Shown in pieces: positions 1-7,400 of a stretch of DNA of 11,406 bases (position 1 is the first letter of the stretch; each line of letters starts with the position of its first letter). The position numbers and the translations under genes are program-made. This stretch comes from Thermoproteota archaeon (GTDB lineage: Archaea; Asgardarchaeota; Njordarchaeia; Njordarchaeales; Panguiarchaeaceae), in NCBI GenBank assembly GCA_024720975.1, contig JANJXX010000017.1, positions 1 to 11,406 of the forward strand, given 5' to 3'. The notes below the pieces were generated by a model. That model did not search any database and was not told the origin of the DNA. It saw only the letters and a list, made by a program, of their open reading frames with translations.

Positions 1-248
1 TTATTCAACCACTCTTGTTGGAGTTCAGTAGCCTTTTGCTGAAGTTTCTCAATGATCTCCTTTGGAATAGATTCTACTGGCACTTCTTTTAGGGCTCCCG
101 ATTCATCCAGCTTATATGCATATGAATATATGAGTGGGCCGCAAACCTTAGCTTTTCTCCATTTTTCAATTTTAACCAGAATTACATATGCAATAAGCAC
201 AATCATTGTCACAAAGAAAGATCTAATCAGCGCCTCAAGCAATTCCAT
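1..248 (-). CDS. Partial hypothetical membrane protein (N-terminal TM helix; 3' end beyond the window)
   Basis: Not in the ORF track because it has no stop in the window. Manual translation from ATG 248 (alternative ATG 254): MELLEALIRSFFVTMIVLIAYVILVKIEKWRKAKVCGPLIYSYAYKLDESGALKEVPVESIPKEIIEKLQQKATELQQEWLN, open to the edge. AGGGGA SD-like motif at 255-260, 6 nt upstream of ATG 248. Confidence 0.75.
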   Translation of the reverse strand, partial: MELLEALIRSFFVTMIVLIAYVILVKIEKWRKAKVCGPLIYSYAYKLDESGALKEVPVESIPKEIIEKLQQKATELQQEWLN

Positions 249-304
249 GTACATTCCCCTAGTACATATTAGAATATTTCATCAAAAAGAGAATTTTTCA
301 AATA

Positions 305-763
305 TCAAGGACAAAACCCGAGCAGTTCGCATAGCTTTAGGCCGACATACATGCACGCTATGGCTACTCCGATGTACAGTATCCAGTATAACACTTTATT
401 GCAAATAGCATAGCAAGGAGGTAGGAACACCATGACACAAAACAGGAATCCAAAGCCCCACGCATAACATATTAATAGCATCGTTGAGCAAACAGCCTTA
501 CAGGCAAGCCATGTGGCAACTCCTTGTGCTAGAAGCACACACAAAAGTTGAACAATAAGCTCACATAGACGGTATCTTAACCAGTCGTCCATCATGATGG
601 CTGAGCTGTTGAGGATGACTTCATCGTATTGCTCCAGGTGCTTCTTTACCAGCTTGGACAAGTACTTAGCTTCTTCTCGCATAGCATAGTATCTCTGTGC
701 AAGCTGCGTCAGTGTTTCGTCTTCGCTTTTCTCATAGATTTTGCTCACTTTTTTAGCGACCAT
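305..763 (-). CDS. Hypothetical protein with a charged helical N-terminus and a Cys-rich hydrophobic C-terminal domain (halocin C8-like/saposin-like pattern); possibly 5'-truncated
   Basis: 152-aa ORF. All 11 Cys lie in the last ~86 aa, which end KLCELLGFCP. No clear SD before ATG 763, and the frame stays open 21 codons upstream to the MFS stop. Confidence 0.75.
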   Translation of the reverse strand: MVAKKVSKIYEKSEDETLTQLAQRYYAMREEAKYLSKLVKKHLEQYDEVILNSSAIMMDDWLRYRLCELIVQLLCVLLAQGVATWLACKAVCSTMLLICYAWGFGFLFCVMVFLPPCYAICNKVLYWILYIGVAIACMYVGLKLCELLGFCP

Positions 764-826
764 GCTTAAGATGGCGTATTGCTGTGATAGAGTGACGAAA
801 GAATTAAACTTCAGTGATAAGTTTTT

Positions 827-2047
827 TCAGGCTCGCCTACGGGTACATTTATGGCTAGGATTGTTTTTGTATTTATAGAGAGCTGTTGTTGGGGCTATTG
901 TTGTGAAGTAGATTATTGCTCCGATAACTAAGACTGTGTTTATGGCTTTAATATTACTTTCCACGCCGACGATGTTTGCTATTATGCCTCCTGTGAGTGT
1001 GCCAATGATGCTTGATATCGTCATTATTATGTTTCCGATGCTTTGGGTTTCTGATTCGTGACCCTCTGTGCTGAAGTCTGTTATTGATGATATTAATGGT
1101 ACATGTATAAAGACCCAAAATGGTACTATTGCAAATATTATTATTGAGACTACATCCCATGTCATTGCTAAATATGTCATGTATAGGCTTCTAGCAATGA
1201 GTCCTCCTATGAGTATCTTTTCTTTTGATGCTTTATCTGCGAGGCGTCCTGCGAAATATGGTGTTATCGTGTTTATAAGACCGGTTATTCCAGTTATGAA
1301 GCCATATGTGGTTTTGGATCCGAGCAGTTTGTACATTTTTATTGAAAAAGGCAATCCGTACAGCGATATACCAAATGAGGATATTGCTGCCGTTAGGTAT
1401 ATTAGTGCTAGGGCTCTCATGTTTCCCGATATCTCGAAGCCCCAGGAGTCCTTGAAGATTTTTCCAAGGGGGACTTTACTGGGCTTAACGCTTTCAACAA
1501 ATAGGGAGCTGAATAATAAGGCTCCCCAAAAATCTAGGACAGCCACTATCAGAGATACTATGGCCATACCATATTGATCTACAAGGTATCCAGATAGAAA
1601 GCTTCCTAAAGCGCCTCCTAGTGAGCTGGAGCCTAGGAAAACTCCAAAGGATGTTCCTGTTTTGTTTCTTTCCATCATTGTTGTTGTGATGGCGAGATGG
1701 GCTCCAGTGCTGACGGATCCAGCAAGACCCAAAATTGCAAATAGTATGGCGAGGTTAATGAAGTTGACTGCATTTGCTTTGAGAATTAGGAAGAAGATAA
1801 AGTATGCTAATGATGCGATTAGTATACCTGCTAGTATGAAACCTTTTCTCCCGCTGATATCTGCCCAGCGACCGAAAAACCTGGAGAGGGTAAAGATCAT
1901 TAAGGCTGAAATAGCGTTCAATATCGATATTTCCAACAGTGTGTACTTAAGGTCTAGTAGATATAGATTAAACACAGTTCCAAATAGGCTACCAGCAAAA
2001 CTAGTTATGATTGAGGTCAAAAGCACTGCCGCAACATTTCTCCTCAA
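827..2047 (-). CDS. Major facilitator superfamily (MFS) transporter
   Basis: 406 aa with about 12 hydrophobic segments. MFS motif A occurs in both halves (FFGRWADISGRK; FAGRLADKASKE). TTG start with GGTG 7 nt upstream. Confidence 0.93.
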   Translation of the reverse strand: MRRNVAAVLLTSIITSFAGSLFGTVFNLYLLDLKYTLLEISILNAISALMIFTLSRFFGRWADISGRKGFILAGILIASLAYFIFFLILKANAVNFINLAILFAILGLAGSVSTGAHLAITTTMMERNKTGTSFGVFLGSSSLGGALGSFLSGYLVDQYGMAIVSLIVAVLDFWGALLFSSLFVESVKPSKVPLGKIFKDSWGFEISGNMRALALIYLTAAISSFGISLYGLPFSIKMYKLLGSKTTYGFITGITGLINTITPYFAGRLADKASKEKILIGGLIARSLYMTYLAMTWDVVSIIIFAIVPFWVFIHVPLISSITDFSTEGHESETQSIGNIIMTISSIIGTLTGGIIANIVGVESNIKAINTVLVIGAIIYFTTIAPTTALYKYKNNPSHKCTRRRA

Positions 2048-2194
2048 GAGTTACACCAATGAGGCGTCGACAGTTGGTAAGTGTAAATTGGATTCATTGT
2101 AGGTTCAAAGCATCTTATATGGTGTTATCTCTTTTGCTCAAATTTATCCTAGGCGATTCATAGGTGATTATGTATGCACTTCAGTGTATTGGCT

Positions 2195-2208
2195 AAAAAA
2201 TAAGAAGA
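2195..2208 (-). terminator. Candidate oligo-T terminator downstream of the structured RNA element
   Basis: Minus strand reads TCTTCTTATTTTTT, preceded by a 6-bp inverted repeat AGGTTT-N6-AAACCT (2212-2229). Confidence 0.35.
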
Positions 2209-2268
2209 TTGAGGTTTTTAATCAAACCTTTTTTACCTAATGATCGATCGAGGTTTTATGGTGGTTGT

Positions 2269-2463
2269 CCGTGTCGTTTATTCGGGTTTGTTTGGGTATT
2301 TTCGAATATCATGGGTATTATTGACACGGGCTTCTCCCTCAGCACCTGCTCATTTGTTGCAGGGTCATCGGGAGCTACATCGACGGGCACCACAGAGCCC
2401 GCCTCAAGGGATAGGCATATTCCGCCTCTGATGGCTATCTCGCCGTCATTGAGGTGAGGGCCT
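2269..2463 (-). ncRNA. Putative structured ncRNA with a K-turn; candidate orphan TnpB omega-RNA / IS200-IS605 right-end remnant
   Basis: Visibly GC-rich island in AT-rich intergenic DNA. On the minus strand: K-turn CUCCC-GAU-GA...CUGA-GGGAG (2374-2334) capped by CCUGC/GCAGG; hairpin GGCGGGC/GCCCGUC (2403-2382); hairpin AGGC/GCCU (2427-2413); 3' stem CCGUGUC/GACACGG (2329-2323 with 2275-2269). A TATA box lies ~25 nt upstream. The overlapping start-less frame IAIRGG...APDDP...LREKPV resembles a TnpB C-terminal tail (from recall, unverified). Confidence 0.55.
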
Positions 2464-2478
2464 AATGTTAGTCATATT

Positions 2479-2503
2479 TGAGGTATAAAAATCTTTATAC
2501 TCA
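2479..2503. promoter_or_regulatory. Palindromic back-to-back BRE/TATA elements (possible divergent promoter or operator)
   Basis: TGAGGTATAAAAATCTTTATACTCA contains GTATAAA-N4-TTTATAC (2483-2500). It reads AAAAATCTTTATAC on plus and AAAGATTTTTATAC on minus. Confidence 0.6.
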
Positions 2504-2594
2504 TTGGTTTCTCTTTTGGTTCTATGCATCTGTAGTAGCTAAAATAGCTTAAAAACGTTCACAAAGAAAACAGTCTAGCTTATTGGTGCTCTGT

Positions 2595-3476
2595 TTGTCT
2601 AGGAGGGCAGCTAGGATTAAGGTCATAACCTCAGCAACTTTGTGGGGATCAAGCTTTCCAATAATACGCATCGGGTTGATGTATATTAGCCCTATCTTGT
2701 TCCTTTTCTTGAGATTCTCGGTCGCGGCAGTAATGCTCCTCTTAATACTGTACATTATAAATGTGAAGCTTAGCCTTCATAAAGTAAATGGTCTAATTAT
2801 AATCTCGGGAATTTTTAACGCCACAGCATATGCTTTTCAGTTCGTTGGTCAGAAGTTTACATATGCCACTAATGCAGCATTAATGGTAAACACAAGCCCT
2901 ATATTCACGGCAATATTTGCACACTTTCTATTGAAGGAAAAACTTACAAAACCTAGAGTTGGTGCAATCGCATTGACATTTTTTGGTGTTAGCATTGTAA
3001 CGTTATGTTCAGGGCAGGTACTTGAATTTCGTATGGTGGGAGACGTGCTCTGCCTTCTTGCGGGAATTTCTTGGGGGTTGTACATGACATTAGCAAAGAA
3101 AATTAGAGGGGATAGTCGCTTTGATGAATTGGAGCTCCTTTTCATCTGGTTCCTCTACACAGCAGCGTTGGGTGGAATAGTTCTACCATTTGAGGGTTTG
3201 CGGATAACTATAAATGTTTGGTCATTGTTTGCTATCTTATACACTGCAGTCATGTGTTCAATAATTCCATATATGCTTTGGTATAAGGCTCTTAAAAGCT
3301 TGGAGGCAACATCTTCAGCGAATTATTTTATGCTTGAGATAATTATTAGTGCTATTATAGAAGCCATGTTTTTAGGCTTGAGTTTTAGCGTATCTTTAAT
3401 TGTTGGAGCTGCACTAGTGGTAGCAGGGGTTTACTTGGTAGATTATTTCTACAGAACCGAAAAAGCGTTGGTTTAG
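2595..3476 (+). CDS. EamA/DMT (drug/metabolite transporter) family protein
   Basis: Two EamA-type halves with typical motifs: LWGSSFPIIRIG, LRFSVA, ATNAALMVNTSPIFTAIFAHFLLKEK, GDVLCLLAGISWGLY, LWYKALKSLEATSS. Start placed at TTG 2595 because GGTG (2585-2588) is 6 nt upstream; the track start is 2583. Confidence 0.93.
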   Translation: MSRRAARIKVITSATLWGSSFPIIRIGLMYISPILFLFLRFSVAAVMLLLILYIINVKLSLHKVNGLIIISGIFNATAYAFQFVGQKFTYATNAALMVNTSPIFTAIFAHFLLKEKLTKPRVGAIALTFFGVSIVTLCSGQVLEFRMVGDVLCLLAGISWGLYMTLAKKIRGDSRFDELELLFIWFLYTAALGGIVLPFEGLRITINVWSLFAILYTAVMCSIIPYMLWYKALKSLEATSSANYFMLEIIISAIIEAMFLGLSFSVSLIVGAALVVAGVYLVDYFYRTEKALV

Positions 3477-3582
3477 AAATCTAGGAGATGCAATTCGCAT
3501 TTCGACTTTCTATTCAGGTTGTTGTTCATTCATAAGGCGTATTTGATTATTGAAATTTAGGCTGTTCCTCCTAGGTGATTGC

Positions 3583-3969
3583 ATGGGGAAAGCAAAGGCT
3601 GCAGCCTATATTTTAATAGTGCTAGTTGTTATCGCAATATACGTTCTTATTCCAATAGACGTTTACAGCAAGAAACTTTCAGGAACAGTGACTGGGACTG
3701 GAAAAATTTTAGAGGACACTTTTAATATCCCTCCGTTTAAGCAAGTGTTAAGAATCCGAATAGCAGGCAATATAACGGGCTATCTCAATGTTACTATAAT
3801 AGATCCGACTACGAATTTAGGTATATTATCGGAAGCTTTCATGGGCTATAAAAGTAGCATCTACGAGGATAGAATAGTTGGCGTTTCTCATATTCATACG
3901 TACAAAATTGTAGTAGAGGCTTCTGGCTCCTATGATATTGCCATAAAACTTACAGTATATCCATACTAA
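3583..3969 (+). CDS. Small N-terminally membrane-anchored hypothetical protein with a beta-rich extracellular domain
   Basis: AGGTGA at 3573-3578 precedes ATG 3583. MGKAK is followed by a hydrophobic helix and then alternating beta-strand patterns. The stop overlaps the convergent gene's stop by 4 nt (3966-3969). Confidence 0.8.
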   Translation: MGKAKAAAYILIVLVVIAIYVLIPIDVYSKKLSGTVTGTGKILEDTFNIPPFKQVLRIRIAGNITGYLNVTIIDPTTNLGILSEAFMGYKSSIYEDRIVGVSHIHTYKIVVEASGSYDIAIKLTVYPY

Positions 3970-4379
3970 TCAGCTTCGATTAATTGGGCTGGCATACTCC
4001 CCTTTGCAATTTCTTCCAGCTTTTCCATTAACTCTCTTTTCAAGCCTACGAAAAATCCGCCATCTTTGATCCCAAGGTAAGCACCACTTTTCTCTCCAGC
4101 GTTAAGAATTTTAAGTCCTATGATCTTGATTTTCCTTATATGCCTTCCCTCGACAATTATAGGTTCACTGGGAATTATTGTTATTCCATTGGGTCCTCCC
4201 ACAATAACTGATGGCACCAATCTTCTTTTGGCTGAAATGTTAAAACCCTCGACATCAAGGTGCGTTACTTTGGCCCGTGAGTAGCCTTTGAGATGTACGT
4301 ATACATTGCATGCTACTTGGTCATTCTCTAGGAAAACCATAGCATCCATGCGTATCTTTCCAGCGCCGGGTCCTGTCAT
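3966..4379 (-). CDS. Archaeal hypothetical protein (GPGAGK...VYVHLKGYSRAKVTHLDVE)
   Basis: 137-aa ORF with ATG start and GGTG at 4388-4391. Globular composition. The N-terminal motif looks like a conserved archaeal uncharacterised family (recall, unverified). Confidence 0.85.
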   Translation of the reverse strand: MTGPGAGKIRMDAMVFLENDQVACNVYVHLKGYSRAKVTHLDVEGFNISAKRRLVPSVIVGGPNGITIIPSEPIIVEGRHIRKIKIIGLKILNAGEKSGAYLGIKDGGFFVGLKRELMEKLEEIAKGSMPAQLIEAD

Positions 4380-4464
4380 ATTATTTGCACCCTAGTTATT
4401 GAGGTAGTATTACATTATTTTACTTTATGTAAGATAAGAGATGTGATATGATGTTAGAGAAGTA

Positions 4465-4480
4465 GAAAAAAGAAGAAAAA
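4465..4480 (-). terminator. Oligo-T terminator of the large surface-protein gene
   Basis: Minus strand TTTTTCTTCTTTTTTC begins ~16 nt after the TAA at 4497-4499. Confidence 0.6.
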
Positions 4481-4496
4481 TTGTTTCGCAAGATGC

Positions 4497-7400
4497 TTAA
4501 GCTCTACGTCTCCTTAATAGGAATGCTGCTAGTGCTGCTAGGCCTACTATCGCTACTATGGCAATTATTGCCGTCATTGTTACTGGTGCTGGGGTGGGTT
4601 TAACATTAATAATTATAGAATCAACAGTTGTTTGATCCAGTTGATCTTTGAATATTATGGTTACATTGTATTTTCTGACCTCGCTAGCAGTGAAGTTATA
4701 TTTAACTGGAATATCACTCAACCATGCTCCGGAGGCACTTAGGTTTCCATCAATGTATAGCTTATAAGTATTTGGAGATGCATCTCTGGCGGTCCAAGAT
4801 AACTCTATACTTTCTCCTACTGTGATATTAATAATCCTTGGTGGAGCAAATACAATCACTGGAGGCTCCATCGGGTATACTATTATTGGTACATCAACCG
4901 AGTTTACGTTTCCAAATTGGTCGCTGGCGTATATTCGGGCTAGATAGTTGCCAGGGGAGTTTATGAAATCTTGGAGAGATATTGTTATTTGAACGCCTGA
5001 GGAATATGTATTTCTTAGAACCTCTGAATCGTTGAGTAAAATCCAGTATTCTTTAGGACTGTCGTCGTTTATAGTGAATATTAGGTTCTTCTCAATACCA
5101 AGTTCGTAAACAATCGGGGTGCTTACTTGAACTGTTATTATTGGTGGTTTCTTGTCCATTTTACAGTATACTCTAAGTGCTTCTATTGTAACATTTTTGA
5201 AGCCAGTTATATTCACTAATGATAGCCCGTAAATGTCTATTATTGCGGATCTTAACTCACCTAGGGTTGTGTTTTCGTAAATAGTTCTTAGAAATGGTAC
5301 ATCTAAACGCGGACCCTGAAGTGAGACAATAGCGTCGATTATACTGTAATGGACATACGTGGTATTTATCGTAGATTTAATTGCATGTAGGTACTCATCC
5401 ATTGGATATATTGGATAATAAGTCCAAGTATGGGTTTCTATGAATTGTACTGATGAATCGTATATAGTTATGTGAGTTGATTCGTAGAGCATTAATTCTA
5501 GTATTGTAGATGTGGTTATTGTTAAGTTAGAATAGATCGCATGTAAGGTGCTTAAAATAGCCTCATTGAGAGAAACTGACGCGCATAAAGTATGCGCGTT
5601 TTCGATGTGCGTGTTTTTGATTGATCCACTAACGTATAATAGACTAGCAAAGTAAGCATCTCCTGTGGATAGGTCAATATAAGTCGTTGGCATAGGTTCT
5701 GGAGGAATTACCCATGGATTCATTATCATCTCAAGGTTAGGAGCACAAAATATGTATTCTACGGAGAAGTTTTGTATTATGGCATTCTCTGCTCCTAGTA
5801 TAAGCAAATGTTGAGCTGTTAGATTATTAATGCGTATTATGTTTCCTTCCACTGCGGCAGCATCAACATAAACATGTGTGAGTTCAACACATTGTGCTTC
5901 AAGTAGACGGAGTACTGTTGCTATCGTCGAGTTAATTACATGAAGAGCAGCGTTTAAGCCCCAAATTGCCACGAAGGAAGAGTTTATTATTGTTAGGTTT
6001 AACGCTGAAACATTCGTCAAGATCACAGGCTCTGTCATGTTTACATTTGAACTAGCATCAACACTTAGTAAACACACGTAGGTTCCAGGAGGTATGTAAT
6101 TTGAATTTATCACGACATTGCCTGTAGCAGTTATAAGGAAGTTCTCCCAGGCAAAATCCACATTAGAGTGATTTGTTATACTTACGTTCGTGAATATAGA
6201 AATTATTGACCCCACAGTTGAATTCGCAATGTGTATTGTCCCTCCAAAAGAGGCTATTCTATCGATTTCTGACCCATCTACAAAGAGTGCTGTAGCTCTA
6301 ATCTTATGAGCTACGAAATAATCCTGGGGCGTACCTAATTCAACCTCGCCGACATTTGAGTGATTGATTCTTACTGAGCCTTCAAGCGCTTCTATTATAT
6401 TGATGGTAGACTCACTTACCTCAATATCTATCTTATCAATAGTTATTCCTGAAATACTGCTCCTATAGATTATACCGTGTGATTCATCAAGACTCAAGTA
6501 GTTCATTGATGAGTTCTTGATTTCAATTACAGCATACTTTCCGTAAACTCCCTCTAGCGATGAGTTCTCGATTTTGATTTCTGAGAAATCATGTGTCACA
6601 ATCCTAATTAGCGGTTTTATATTTGCTTTAATCGTTAAATTAGAATGATCCTGAAGCTCAATCAGGCTTGAAGATAATGCTGAATAGTTTTCAAAAATCA
6701 GGTTGCATCTAATTGCTCCGATAGAATAAATATTGTTCTCATTTATCAGGATATTTGTTTCTCTAGCAAATATACCAGAGAGTATACCATCTAAATTAGT
6801 TGCACTGGTGATAATACCATTCGATATAACGAAGGAACCATTTATCAGTATAAAAGCAACGTATGCGCGTGTGATAGTAGCATTGGAACCCTCAAAAATT
6901 ATCCTTCCATTGATATTCATGTCTTCGATCATAGTGTTTGTTCTATTTAGATATATGTTAGATTCCACTGCGAGGACTCCCTGGGCAGAGATCGTAGCAT
7001 CTTTGAATTCTGCCTCGCTTTTGAGCAATGTGATATTAAGGTAGAGCTGAGAGCTTTCTACAAATATCCTTGAATTAGAAGTTAATACTGATGAATTCTG
7101 AAGAGTTGAGTTTCTGACATGTAGATCTGTATTATCGTACATGAAGAAAGTTCCAGACATTGTTGTATTTTCAACAAAGACGTTGGATTTAAGCGAGGTT
7201 ACCGTAGAAGCATCGTAAATTTTTGCTGACTCTACACCTATAAGTAGAACATCTGCGCTATAGCGATTAATGATCACAAGAGATGCATTATCTGCAACAA
7301 ATTTACTGAGAATGTATGCAGATTCTATGCTACTAGATACGTTTACGAAGTTGTTGTAATTTGACGTGCTAATCACATGTGTTTCGTTGACTATCAACGT

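Noticed and set aside
52-408. Plus-strand 118-aa ORF
   Set aside because: Antisense shadow of two better-supported minus-strand genes.
954-2102. ORFs 954..1160 (-), 1068..1577 (+) and 1662..2102 (+)
   Set aside because: Alternative-frame or antisense shadows of the MFS gene.
2334-2435. SAM-I riboswitch-like words (AUCAGAGG, CCCGAUGA, GCAAC, AGGUGCU) upstream of the MFS gene
   Set aside because: No P1 3' strand and no correct P2/pseudoknot arrangement. The similarity is largely explained by a shared K-turn, and the element ends ~220 nt from the MFS start. An Rfam scan would settle it.
2162-2457. Plus-strand SD AGGTGA with mini-ORFs (MHFSVLAKK 2174-2203; MYALQCIG 2170-2196) and track ORFs 2209..2457 and 2240..2431
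   Set aside because: The mini-ORFs are too short to support. The longer ORFs are antisense to the structured element and have no protein-like features. A decayed gene cannot be excluded.
2325-2465. tRNA or rRNA in the GC-rich island
   Set aside because: No TTCRA T-loop, D-loop or cloverleaf spacing, and no recognisable rRNA motifs.
2256-2471. Start-less minus frame as a PIN-domain (GE..AI.L..E...DD) pseudogene
   Set aside because: The spacing fits only loosely and does not explain the dense RNA structure. Kept as a weaker alternative to the TnpB-tail reading.
2549-3145. ORFs 2549..2755 (-) and 2849..3145 (-)
   Set aside because: Antisense shadows of the EamA gene.
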